Source of the DNA: Promethearchaeota archaeon
GTDB taxonomy: Archaea > Asgardarchaeota > Hermodarchaeia > Hermodarchaeales > Hermodarchaeaceae
NCBI GenBank assembly: GCA_048938385.1
Contig: JBHLMG010000006.1
Span: 41,870 to 105,869 of the forward strand
Direction of reading: 5' to 3'
DNA: 64,000 nt
Positions 19,110 through 28,578 of this stretch are shown piece by piece. The notes below the pieces were generated by a model. The model did no database searches and was not told where the DNA came from. It saw only the letters and a list, made by a program, of their open reading frames with translations. The stretch's first letter is position 1. Each line of letters opens with the position of its first letter. Both the position numbers and the translations under genes were made by a program.

Positions 19110-20060
19110 ATGTCTAAGCCAGATCAGAGGCAGAAGAGTTATGAGAAATTACTTCGGGCAGGATACATCGCTGCTGAAGCCCTGAGGTATACCTGTAACC
19201 TGGTAAACGCAGGTGAATTGCTATACACCATTGCTGAAAAAGGCGAGGAGTATATCCGCAAACTTGGTGGTCAACCTGCATTTCCCATTAACCTCTCAAT
19301 TGATCATCATGCAGCTCACTATACTCCTCCACTTACCGACCCAACCGTTGTTCCTAAAAAGGCTTTAGTCAAAGTGGATTTAGGAGCTCATGTGGATGGG
19401 CACATTGCTGATAACGCCCGTACGGTCTTAGTAGGAGATGATGACGCCCTTCACAGATTAATTACAGCCGCTGAAACCGGTGTACAGGCTGCAATCCAGA
19501 CCATTCGAGCAGGAATTCGAGTCTGGACAGTTTCGAAATCAATCTCTAACGCTATCCGGAAGCTTCATGCCAGTCCAATTGAAAACCTGACAGGCCATAG
19601 CATTGAACCCTTTAATCTTCATGCGGGAGTTTCCGTTCCAGCGATTACCCGTTCTCATGAACGATACACCTCACCCCGATTACAAGAGCATATGGTAATA
19701 GCCATTGAGCCCTTTACTACCTATAGCCGAAACCCCATTGTTGATAACCTCGAAGCCGGACATATTTTTGGCTTTACTCAAACCCGGAACCCTCAGAGTT
19801 CTAAACTCCGGTCTTTATTCAGTCAAATGAAAGTAAAATTTGGTCAACTCCCCTTTGCTTCGCGATGGATGCGCGAGTTGGTCGAACCTAAAAAAATTCC
19901 ATCCATTTTAAATCGCTTACAAAACGAGGGGTGTATTCATAATTATCCAATTTTAGGTCTACGAGATAAGAAGCCTATTGCCCAGGCGGAGCACACTGTA
20001 ATTGTGCAACCAACTGGGTGCATTGTTACCACTTTGCAAACCCAAATGGGAGGAAGTTGA
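19110..20060 (+). CDS. map: Methionine aminopeptidase, type II
   Basis: AFPINLS, AAHYTP, KVDLGAHVDGHIAD, LTGH, IEPF, QAEHTVIV, with the type II helical insert. Confidence 0.93.
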   Translation: MSKPDQRQKSYEKLLRAGYIAAEALRYTCNLVNAGELLYTIAEKGEEYIRKLGGQPAFPINLSIDHHAAHYTPPLTDPTVVPKKALVKVDLGAHVDGHIADNARTVLVGDDDALHRLITAAETGVQAAIQTIRAGIRVWTVSKSISNAIRKLHASPIENLTGHSIEPFNLHAGVSVPAITRSHERYTSPRLQEHMVIAIEPFTTYSRNPIVDNLEAGHIFGFTQTRNPQSSKLRSLFSQMKVKFGQLPFASRWMRELVEPKKIPSILNRLQNEGCIHNYPILGLRDKKPIAQAEHTVIVQPTGCIVTTLQTQMGGS

Positions 20061-21380
20061 ATGGATCATCAAGAGCTACTACGCCAACTCATAGCATTCC
20101 CCACTGTTAATAATCCCGCTGAGAATTTACGCCCAACCCGCGAGTGCCCTGAGTTCTTAGAGAACCAATTACGAGAAGCGGGAGTAGATGCAAAAATATT
20201 GGAACAGCAAGGATACTTCTCAGTTTTAGGAACTATAGGTACTGGACGCCCTGTGACGCTTCTGCTGGCACATTTCGATGTGGTACCAATTGGCCCAGGA
20301 TGGGATACAGATCCCTTTGAATTGACCATCAGAGGAAACAAGGCATATGGACGAGGAACCGCTGATGACAAAGGAAATGTCACTGCCTTGCTGCTCGCAG
20401 CGGAGGAGATTTGCACCCTCGAATTGCCGGGAACTGTTATTGTTGCGATGACTGGTGATGAAGAAATTGGAGGGAATAATGGCGCACCAGTTGTTCGTTC
20501 AACCTTAGAGCTAAAGGGTTTATTCCCAGATTATCTGATCACTGCTGATGGCGTTGGTATGCAAATCGTGACACGTCGTCGAAACACATGTGGTGTTACA
20601 ATATCAGTTCCAGAAAATCCTGTAAAGCTTCATGGAAGCTCTGAAACGCATCGCTTTCTCACTGAATTCGTCGGCCGACAATCACGCCATTCTGCCTATT
20701 TTCTCCCCGGAGTGGATCGCCATGCCTTGCTAGCTGCATCCAACTTCCTTCTCCAACACCCTCAAGTGCAAGTCGGGCACATTACTGGAAGCTTTCTCAA
20801 AAGTAATGTTGTTCCCGATTGGTTTGAACTAGAAGCGATTACCCCTTCGCTGAATAAGTCTAACTTCGCTTGTGACAGTAATCTCACTCGTCTTTTACAG
20901 ACTCTCTTACCCCTATCCCGAGTGCAGTTCCCAGTAAAGCGCAGTGATTACGGAGTAACCTTTTGTCCCAATCTGTTACAAAAAAAGGGAAACCGATGGG
21001 AAGTCTACCTGGATGGTCGCGCCATGACTACTGATTCAGAACCCGTAGAGGCTGCAATGCATGCCATCTTGGCTGAGAAACTCCAACAAATTGACTATCA
21101 GCTAGTCGTTCATATGGGGAAGGCCTACATGAACACACCCACCGAATCAAAGCTGGTGAAAACGGCTCAACGAATCGCAGAAAAATTTAGTTTCAACACT
21201 CAACCCATTGAGCTAGGAGGCGCCAGTGATACTCGCCACTTCTCAGACCGCCCTATTGAAGCCATCGATTTTGGTCCAATCGGCTTTGGTGTCCATGGAT
21301 CTAACGAGTATGTATTACTCGATTCGCTTCCCCGGACTGCCTCCTTCTATTCTAAACTAATCCAAGAATTACACGGCTAA
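20061..21380 (+). CDS. M20/M25/M40 family metallo-hydrolase
   Basis: AHFDVVP, YGRGTADDKG, GDEEIGG, GGASD, HGSNE; starts immediately after the map stop codon. Confidence 0.9.
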   Translation: MDHQELLRQLIAFPTVNNPAENLRPTRECPEFLENQLREAGVDAKILEQQGYFSVLGTIGTGRPVTLLLAHFDVVPIGPGWDTDPFELTIRGNKAYGRGTADDKGNVTALLLAAEEICTLELPGTVIVAMTGDEEIGGNNGAPVVRSTLELKGLFPDYLITADGVGMQIVTRRRNTCGVTISVPENPVKLHGSSETHRFLTEFVGRQSRHSAYFLPGVDRHALLAASNFLLQHPQVQVGHITGSFLKSNVVPDWFELEAITPSLNKSNFACDSNLTRLLQTLLPLSRVQFPVKRSDYGVTFCPNLLQKKGNRWEVYLDGRAMTTDSEPVEAAMHAILAEKLQQIDYQLVVHMGKAYMNTPTESKLVKTAQRIAEKFSFNTQPIELGGASDTRHFSDRPIEAIDFGPIGFGVHGSNEYVLLDSLPRTASFYSKLIQELHG

Positions 21381-21388
21381 TTGGGCAT

Positions 21389-22663
21389 TTAGGCTGCACG
21401 AGCAGGTCCAGGCACTTGAGGAACAGGAGCTGCAGGGCTTTTCACGAGCGTTTCGTTCACTTTTAGGTAACCCATCGATGTAATGATCCGAATGATGGCG
21501 ATGGTGAACATCATCCAAATTACTGCTATGCCATAGGGGAGGATCAGTCTGAGAAAATCTAAGATGACTCCTGAAACCATGGCTGCAAGAAAACTACTTG
21601 CTCCTGTGCAGAAGTTGAAGAGAGCAACAACACTTCCTCGATGTTTTAGTGGCGAAGAATCAAGTAACCAAGCGGTACTACTTACGATAAATAACCCTGT
21701 AAGACCCCCACCGAAGATGTTGCTGGGGATAAGGAACCAGATGTTCCCTGTAATAGCACCCAAGGAATGAAAAACAGGAGCAAGGAAAATCAAGGAACGA
21801 CTTACAAAAAGCACGGGTTTGCGCCCATAATGGTCGGTGAGCCAACCACCAGAAAGCTGGGCAACCCCAGAGCTAATGTTGAAGATAGCGGTAAACACGC
21901 CAATAAAAAACAGGTTCACACCAAGTATACCTCTTACAATAATTGGAAACAAGGGCCAGGCTCCACCCATTGATGCAAAAAATAGGGTGTTGATGACGAG
22001 GAAAGGGATGAACTGAGGCGTACTCTTCACTGCCTTTCGGATCTGAAAAACACGACGTTTAGAAGGTTTAACGGTTTCTGTGAGCACTAACACAACTATC
22101 AACGACACTGTTAATGAAACCGCGGCAACATACATTGGTACCAAGTACTCCGCGATACCAATCAATCCTAGTGATGTTGCTAAGAATCCGATAATTATCA
22201 AGGCTATAGCAGATGCGACGGTTCCGATTGCAGTGATTATCCCAACGAATCGGCCTCGCCCCTTTAGGCTCGTTATATCTCCGAGTAACCCATTCCAAGC
22301 CGGAATGGCAGAACTTCCAACCACTGTAGGAACTAGGAGGAGAAGAATCAGCTGCCAAGCAGTCTGGGCAAACGGAATTAATGCCGCAGTAATTCCAACT
22401 GCTATAAGCCCAAGAAACAGGAAAGGGCGTCGACCGAACCGGTCAGAGAGGCTTCCCCAAGCCCATTGCAAAGAAGCGTTACCGATAGTTTGAACCGCAG
22501 TTACTGCACTTTGTTGCACACCCGTGGCACCGAGATCCACTGCGAGTGGTCCAGTGTAGGCCCACAATAGATTAGCCCCAATCTGCCAAGACGCCCAAAG
22601 GCTAGAGACTCGAATCGGTTGTTGGTTGTTAGGTTGTTCTGGAGATGGCTGGTCATCAGGCAT
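21389..22663 (-). CDS. MFS transporter
   Basis: About 12 TM helices; motif A GSLSDRFGRRP and GWLTDHYGRKP. Confidence 0.92.
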   Translation of the reverse strand: MPDDQPSPEQPNNQQPIRVSSLWASWQIGANLLWAYTGPLAVDLGATGVQQSAVTAVQTIGNASLQWAWGSLSDRFGRRPFLFLGLIAVGITAALIPFAQTAWQLILLLLVPTVVGSSAIPAWNGLLGDITSLKGRGRFVGIITAIGTVASAIALIIIGFLATSLGLIGIAEYLVPMYVAAVSLTVSLIVVLVLTETVKPSKRRVFQIRKAVKSTPQFIPFLVINTLFFASMGGAWPLFPIIVRGILGVNLFFIGVFTAIFNISSGVAQLSGGWLTDHYGRKPVLFVSRSLIFLAPVFHSLGAITGNIWFLIPSNIFGGGLTGLFIVSSTAWLLDSSPLKHRGSVVALFNFCTGASSFLAAMVSGVILDFLRLILPYGIAVIWMMFTIAIIRIITSMGYLKVNETLVKSPAAPVPQVPGPARAA

Positions 22664-22783
22664 AGGTCGTGCCTTCTTTACGGGCGAGTGGGAGCCTTCA
22701 GGAATAAGAGTAGAAAAAGCTTGTTAAACAGCATACATTCTAATGGTATTACTGATAAAAATCTTGGATTGGATGTGATAAGT

Positions 22784-23971
22784 TTGGGTAGGGAATTTGC
22801 GCAAAAAATCCAGAAGGCTACTAAGGCACATGAGGAGTGGCGGCAGCAATGCTTGAACCTCATTCCCTCCGAAAACATTACTAGTCCACAGGTTCGGGAA
22901 ATGCTAGCCTCTGATTTTGGACATCGCTATGCGTGGGATGAGCCGTGGTATGGGGGACAAAAATACACCATTCAAATTGAAGACCTAGCGATCCAAGCCG
23001 CGAAGAGACTATTTAATGCCCGTTATGCGAATGTGCGACCACTTTCAGGTCATATGTCGTTAATGTCTGTGATTATGGGACTGTGCAAACCGAAGGACAC
23101 CATTTTGATTTCGCACAACGATAATGGTGGCTATCCCTTGAACCTCCAGGCCAGATTTCCACTTAATGTTCAATATTTTCCCTACCTAAATGACCAATAC
23201 TCGATGGATGTACAGGGAGCAATTGAACTCATCGACCGTTCTCGACCAAGACTTGTCATCTTAGGGGCAAGCATATTCATGCAACCACACCCTGTTCGAG
23301 ATTTAGTTAAGATATCGCAAGAAACCGGGGCGATCCTCGTGTATGACGGATCACATGTTTTAGGCCTCATAGCAGGGGCACAATTTCAAGACCCATTTCG
23401 TGAGGGAGCACAGATCCTGCTGGGAAGTACACACAAGACCTTTTTTGGCCCCCAGGGAGGAATTATCCTGGTCAAAGATGATTTGCACCTTGCTGAGCAA
23501 ATTGATGTAACCCTTCGACCAAATCCCGTGCTCGTCGATAACTATCATCACCATCGCGTTGCAGCCTTGGCTATTGCTCTATCAGAACTTCTAGCCTTTG
23601 GAAAAGCCTATGCCAAACAAGTTGTCGAGAATGCACAGGAACTAGCTCACGCTTTAGATGAACATAATATCCCTGTTGTCGGAAAGTCTTGGGGATTCAC
23701 TTCTTCACACCAAGTTCTGCTTCAAACAACTAGCTTCGAACATGGACGCCAAATACGGGATCAGCTTGAAGCAGCAGACATTATTGCCGATATAGGAGTT
23801 CGACTGGGCTCACAAGAGATTACTCGTAGAGGCATGAAACAAGCTCATATACGAAAAGTGGCATCTTTAATCGCACGCCGCCTCAGGGGAGAGAGTGTTC
23901 CAGCCATTAAGAACGAAGTGCATTTACTTGTAGACCAGTTTCGAAAAGTTGAATTCTGTTTTACTGATTGA
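22784..23971 (+). CDS. glyA: Serine hydroxymethyltransferase (archaeal type)
   Basis: LIPSEN, HRYA, NVRPLSG, YDGSHVLGLIAG, STHKTFFGPQGG (PLP lysine). Start reassigned to TTG 22784 after a GTGAT ribosome-binding site; GTG 22775 is also possible. Confidence 0.92.
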   Translation: MGREFAQKIQKATKAHEEWRQQCLNLIPSENITSPQVREMLASDFGHRYAWDEPWYGGQKYTIQIEDLAIQAAKRLFNARYANVRPLSGHMSLMSVIMGLCKPKDTILISHNDNGGYPLNLQARFPLNVQYFPYLNDQYSMDVQGAIELIDRSRPRLVILGASIFMQPHPVRDLVKISQETGAILVYDGSHVLGLIAGAQFQDPFREGAQILLGSTHKTFFGPQGGIILVKDDLHLAEQIDVTLRPNPVLVDNYHHHRVAALAIALSELLAFGKAYAKQVVENAQELAHALDEHNIPVVGKSWGFTSSHQVLLQTTSFEHGRQIRDQLEAADIIADIGVRLGSQEITRRGMKQAHIRKVASLIARRLRGESVPAIKNEVHLLVDQFRKVEFCFTD

Positions 23972-24089
23972 GCGGATAAAACAATGAAGAATTATGTGAT
24001 ACGAAGAAAAAATCGCTCCGACTGGTACTCGCCATAAAGTTTTTTGCACCTTTGCTTCGATAGTTTAGTATACAAATGGGGATTTTTGT

Positions 24090-25058
24090 ATGCCTACTGA
24101 GCTACCTGAGGATATATGGGAAGAAGCAGGAAAGAAATGGCGATACCGCAAGTCATTGGCAGAGAAAGGCGAAGCCCCCAGTGAGCCGCCAGAAGAGCCG
24201 TTTATCGACAACAGAAATGACTCACTAGAAGATGACACAGAGGCTGAAGATCCGGAACCTGAAGTGTCGATGGTTTCAGCGGAAACAGAGGTTGAAAAAC
24301 AGGAGCTTGAAACATCAATGGTGTCGGTGGAAACTGAGTTAGAGCAGATGAAAGAGGAGAATATCAGGTTATCTGAGCAGGTTGGTGAACTCATCAACCA
24401 GGTTGAGGAAATTGAAACCCTAACCCAACGGTTAGATCAAGCCAATACGGACAATACGAAATTCCGAGAACAACTTAAAGAGAGTAAAGAAGCAATCAAA
24501 CAAAAGACAATTGAACTAGAGAAGATGGAGAGCCAGTTTACAGAAGCTGAGGGGAAAGTGGAGAACCTCAATGAGCTATTGAAGAAGCAAGAAAAAAATG
24601 CTAAAGACCGTGAAGACCAACTGCTTTTGCAGCTGGATTCCATGGCGGAGCAAATTGGAAAATTACGGGGAGTCATTAGAAAACGCGATGAAGAGCTGGT
24701 TAAATTACAGAAGGACATTCTGACCAAAAAGGAGCAAGCTGATGGCGCGTTGGAAGAAGCTGATAAGCTCCGAACCGTTGGAATCGTCCAGCGTGAAGCC
24801 GTTCAGGATACTACTGTTCTTCGTCGACGGGTAAACGACTTAGAGGTTGAACTTGACCAGTTATACCGAACTTTAGAAAAAGACCCTAAATACCGTATTT
24901 ACTTGTTAATTCGTGAAACTGGAACACGCACCCTTGAGGAGCTTAGTAAAGTGCTCGGTGTCGGTGTCTTCGAAACTCGCCGGCGAGTTCAGGAATTGGT
25001 GCGCGCTGGATTACTTGACCTGCAAAATGATAAAGTCAAGATTTCGCGGCGTAAATAA
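24090..25058 (+). CDS. Long coiled-coil protein with C-terminal winged helix-turn-helix
   Basis: Acidic/Pro-rich N-terminus, ~200-aa coiled coil, then DPKYRIYLLIRE...TLEELSKVLG...TRRRVQELVRAGLLDL. Confidence 0.75.
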   Translation: MPTELPEDIWEEAGKKWRYRKSLAEKGEAPSEPPEEPFIDNRNDSLEDDTEAEDPEPEVSMVSAETEVEKQELETSMVSVETELEQMKEENIRLSEQVGELINQVEEIETLTQRLDQANTDNTKFREQLKESKEAIKQKTIELEKMESQFTEAEGKVENLNELLKKQEKNAKDREDQLLLQLDSMAEQIGKLRGVIRKRDEELVKLQKDILTKKEQADGALEEADKLRTVGIVQREAVQDTTVLRRRVNDLEVELDQLYRTLEKDPKYRIYLLIRETGTRTLEELSKVLGVGVFETRRRVQELVRAGLLDLQNDKVKISRRK

Positions 25059-25125
25059 CGATTAGCCACAATGTCCGACTTGTTTAAAAATGGAATCTCA
25101 CACATAGACGAATTAATCCTCGGGA

Positions 25126-26163
25126 GTGGCTAAGAGGAGAACACAACCTATGATACAAGTATCTTATGTTCGAAACGGGGAATTTCGCAAACTCACCAGT
25201 AAGGAAGATTTCCGAAAATTATGGCGTGATCTGGATTTCATTTGGGTAAATATCGCGCAACCAAACAAGGAAGAACAGGAACTTTTAGAGCTATATCTCT
25301 CTGTTGATGCGAAAAGCCTAGTTCGCGTCGTCGAAGAATCAAGCCTTGGGCGATATCACCGATTCTTCGAATATTCAGCTTTTCATGTCCCTACAATGAA
25401 AGCTGAACCCCTACTTCATGTAGAGCCAGCCGTGATTCTTCTTGGTGAAAAAATCGTGGCCACCATTAGCTCAAATATTCCAGTTGATGCAATCGCTGAG
25501 GTAGAAGAAACGATTAGAAATCTGATTGCTACAGATCAGGATGTGACCCCGTCCATCGTAGTCGTTCGTATCATCCAAGAAATCATTGAAAGAAATGTTG
25601 TCATAATTAATCGAATTGCTATGTCTACGATTCAGTTAGAGGAACAGTTTACCGATATTAGTGTGAAAGATTTACTCAGCAATATTCAGCGTATTCGCCA
25701 CTATCAAAACGAATTCTATCAGCACCTGACAATTCAACGACACATTGTTGATTTAATGCTTCAACATGTTCCCCGTTACCTTCATCTTACCGAAGAACTC
25801 CGGACGCTTCTGGGCACAACAACTTCTGAAATCGAACGCCAACAGCAGACGCTCGAAATTAATGCTAGGAGCCTTACAGATTTAGTTTCTTTGAACTCGA
25901 TTTTTTTGGCAAACCGATTAAACCGAATTATCGTCATCCTCACAGCCATCACCGTAACAGTTGCTGTGCCTTCATTAGTCGCCAATATGCTTGGAATGTA
26001 TAACATCTTCAACCCGAACCCTCTATTCTATCTAGGGGGTGGAATCCCAATCTTCACATGGCAGCTGCAACTGTTAATCATGATACCAGCAATTATTATC
26101 CCCTTGATTTGGGTAATTCGCAAGGGATGGGCGCGACCTTTTCCAACCGAAGGAAAGCAATAG
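25126..26163 (+). CDS. CorA-family divalent cation transporter
   Basis: Large soluble N-terminal domain, stalk helix ending NRLNRIIVILT, two C-terminal TM helices; signature reads LGMYN rather than YGMN. Confidence 0.8.
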   Translation: MAKRRTQPMIQVSYVRNGEFRKLTSKEDFRKLWRDLDFIWVNIAQPNKEEQELLELYLSVDAKSLVRVVEESSLGRYHRFFEYSAFHVPTMKAEPLLHVEPAVILLGEKIVATISSNIPVDAIAEVEETIRNLIATDQDVTPSIVVVRIIQEIIERNVVIINRIAMSTIQLEEQFTDISVKDLLSNIQRIRHYQNEFYQHLTIQRHIVDLMLQHVPRYLHLTEELRTLLGTTTSEIERQQQTLEINARSLTDLVSLNSIFLANRLNRIIVILTAITVTVAVPSLVANMLGMYNIFNPNPLFYLGGGIPIFTWQLQLLIMIPAIIIPLIWVIRKGWARPFPTEGKQ

Positions 26164-26221
26164 CTTAAACCTCACAAGCTCTTTTCATATGAGCACATTC
26201 CGTTGTGAGGTTGAGTGAGCA

Positions 26222-27115
26222 GTGAACTCAGTTAGCAAAATACAGTCCTTGACAAAAATGATTCAGGAGTTCATCCCGAATGGAACGCACTTGTACATTG
26301 AAGGAATTTTGGTCAACCGATTACCAATCGCAGCCGTCCATGAGATTATTCGAGCACAACGCCGAGAACTTCGTATTGTGAGTGCCCCCAATGGGCTCGC
26401 TGTGGACCAATTGATTGGTGCTGGTACAGTAGCTGAAGTAGAATTCTACTTCTTAGGATTCATGACAAAAAATGGGTTTGCCACCATGCGACGATTTCGG
26501 TCCGCTGCTGAAGCAGGCTCCATTCGAGTGAAAGAAAGTATGGGGTATGCAATCTGTATGGCGCTGCGAGCCGGAGCCTATGGTATTCCTTACATTCCAC
26601 TTCCCGATTTTCGTGGTTCAGATTTAATCAAGGACCGGGCAGATTACAAGGTGATAACTTCTCCGTACAATGATGAAGAAACGGTGATCACTGTCCCAGC
26701 TTTACGGCCAGATGTGCTTCTCCTCCATGCACATACGGCCGACGAAAAGGGGAATGTTAGGTTAGACGAACCCTGGCCTTACTTCACTCTGACCACCGCT
26801 CAAGCTTGTCGCCATGTTATTGTCACCATCGAGGAAATAGTCAAAACCCTTCCTGCGCAGCATACTACGCTTCCCCATTTCTTGGTTGATGCTATCGCAC
26901 ATGTCCCATATGGTGCCGCTCCAACGGCGTTAAATCACCGCTACGAGGTCAATGCAACGCACATCGCGTTATACCAGGAAGCTGCGACAACAGCGGCTGG
27001 ATTTGATCAATACCTCCAAGACTACATCATTGGTTGTTCCAACCATGAAGCCTTCCTGAAAAAAGCCGGTTACCCTCTTGCCTGGATTCAGGTATCAAAT
27101 AAACAACCTTCATAA
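26222..27115 (+). CDS. CoA-transferase family I alpha subunit (GctA-like)
   Basis: NRLPIAAVHEIIR, DQLIGAG, LRAGAYGIPY, GSD, VPALRPDV, ADEKGN, TIEEIV. Confidence 0.88.
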   Translation: MNSVSKIQSLTKMIQEFIPNGTHLYIEGILVNRLPIAAVHEIIRAQRRELRIVSAPNGLAVDQLIGAGTVAEVEFYFLGFMTKNGFATMRRFRSAAEAGSIRVKESMGYAICMALRAGAYGIPYIPLPDFRGSDLIKDRADYKVITSPYNDEETVITVPALRPDVLLLHAHTADEKGNVRLDEPWPYFTLTTAQACRHVIVTIEEIVKTLPAQHTTLPHFLVDAIAHVPYGAAPTALNHRYEVNATHIALYQEAATTAAGFDQYLQDYIIGCSNHEAFLKKAGYPLAWIQVSNKQPS

Positions 27116-27128
27116 AGTGAGCCACATC

Positions 27129-27914
27129 ATGACAGAAGCCAGATATACCTACGATGAACTAATTCTTGTCACTCTTGCTCGACTTTTACAGGATGGAGAC
27201 CGCGTTTTCACAGGAGTGGCCAGCCCTGTACAAATGCTAGCAACCCTCCTTGCTAAAGCGACGCACGCGCCAAACCTTTTATACTTCACAATTCTGGGTT
27301 CGATCAACCCAAACCCACACAAACTTCCCTTTTCAACAGGTGATCCACACCTCTTCGATGACTGCGAAAACACCATTACCTTCCCGGAAATTTTCGACCT
27401 AGCTAATAACGGGCTAATGGATGTGGCCTTCCTGGGCGGCGTGCAAATTGATCAATTTGGCAGTATGAATATGAGCGTAATCGAAAACGCCTCAACACGC
27501 TCAGCAATCCGGTTACCAGGCGGAGCAGGAGGACCCATCATGATCCGAAGTTTTCGCCGCATTATCTCTTGGCGTCCCAATCATAGTAAACGGTGTCTTG
27601 TTGATACCGTACCCTTTGTCACTAGCCCAGGCTGGATACCGGCGGCAGAGGGAAAGCGGTATGGAGGACCGGATGTCATTGTAACCGATTTGTGTGTGTT
27701 TTACTTCGAACGAGATTCAAAAAGAATCACTCTACGATCAGTTCACCCAGGAGTTGAGCTAAGTTGGGTGATGAAGCAGACAGGGTTTGAATTCATCACT
27801 CCACAAGAGATTCCCCAAACACCGCCTCCAACGGCTTATGAAGTGAAAGTATTAACGACTCAGATTGACCCAGCGGGAACCCGGCACGCTCTACTTCAGC
27901 CACCACGATTGTAG
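27129..27914 (+). CDS. CoA-transferase family I beta subunit (GctB-like)
   Basis: HAPNL, FLGGVQIDQFGSMN, RLPGGAGG, FVTSPG, VTDLCVF, SVHPGV, TGF. Confidence 0.88.
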   Translation: MTEARYTYDELILVTLARLLQDGDRVFTGVASPVQMLATLLAKATHAPNLLYFTILGSINPNPHKLPFSTGDPHLFDDCENTITFPEIFDLANNGLMDVAFLGGVQIDQFGSMNMSVIENASTRSAIRLPGGAGGPIMIRSFRRIISWRPNHSKRCLVDTVPFVTSPGWIPAAEGKRYGGPDVIVTDLCVFYFERDSKRITLRSVHPGVELSWVMKQTGFEFITPQEIPQTPPPTAYEVKVLTTQIDPAGTRHALLQPPRL

Positions 27915-27930
27915 GTTGTAGAGCGAGATG

Positions 27931-27947
27931 ACACAAAGCTTTATAAG
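27931..27947 (+). promoter_or_regulatory. Probable BRE/TATA promoter of rpo5
   Basis: ACACAAAGC followed by TTTATAAG about 60 nt upstream of the rpo5 ORF. Confidence 0.4.
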
Positions 27948-28008
27948 CAATTTTTAGCACTGATGCGAAACGAGCCCGGGTAACGCTACAAGGTTTTTCA
28001 CCGTTAAT

Positions 28009-28578
28009 TTGTTGGTGAGCTTAGTGCTAACAGATAAACAATTTGACTTCGTTAAACGCCTCATTCAACGGCGTGGATTCACCATTACCAAACGAGTCGA
28101 AGGTGAAAAAGAGGGACTCGTTGATATTCACGCTAAATCCACCGATGCAAAGAAGAAGCTGACCCTTCTCGTTCGAATTGTACTGGATACACCCACCATA
28201 GGAGTCGAAATCCTTCGGAACACCATAAAAGAACGAGAAGCCGGTGAGTTTAGCAACGCCATTCTCATAGGGGGCGAACGATATACATACGCTGCCCGTC
28301 GTGAGGCGAAGGAGTTAGATGTTGAATTACTCCATCGTCGTTTCCTTTCAATCGACTTGTTTATGCACGAATTAGTTCCTACACATGAAATGCTCTCTGA
28401 GGAAGAAATCGTAGAGATTGAAAAGGAATACGGGATTGACCGAGAACAATTACCGAAAATGAAAGTTGGTGACCCTGCTGCAAAGGCTATCGGAGCACGC
28501 CCGGGAGATGTACTGCGCATTGTCCGAGAATCTGAAACAGCCGGTCACCACCTCATGTATCGCTATTGCATTAGTTAG
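28009..28578 (+). CDS. rpo5: DNA-directed RNA polymerase subunit Rpo5 (H) with extra N-terminal domain
   Basis: C-terminal HELVPTHEML...QLPKM..GDPAAKAIGARPGDVLRIVRESETAG...YR is the Rpo5/Rpb5 core; ~110-aa alpha/beta N-terminal extension. Confidence 0.93.
   Translation: MLVSLVLTDKQFDFVKRLIQRRGFTITKRVEGEKEGLVDIHAKSTDAKKKLTLLVRIVLDTPTIGVEILRNTIKEREAGEFSNAILIGGERYTYAARREAKELDVELLHRRFLSIDLFMHELVPTHEMLSEEEIVEIEKEYGIDREQLPKMKVGDPAAKAIGARPGDVLRIVRESETAGHHLMYRYCIS

Noticed and set aside
22619-22783. N-terminal extension of glyA
   Set aside because: It overlaps the divergent MFS gene and promoter region and has no SHMT similarity.
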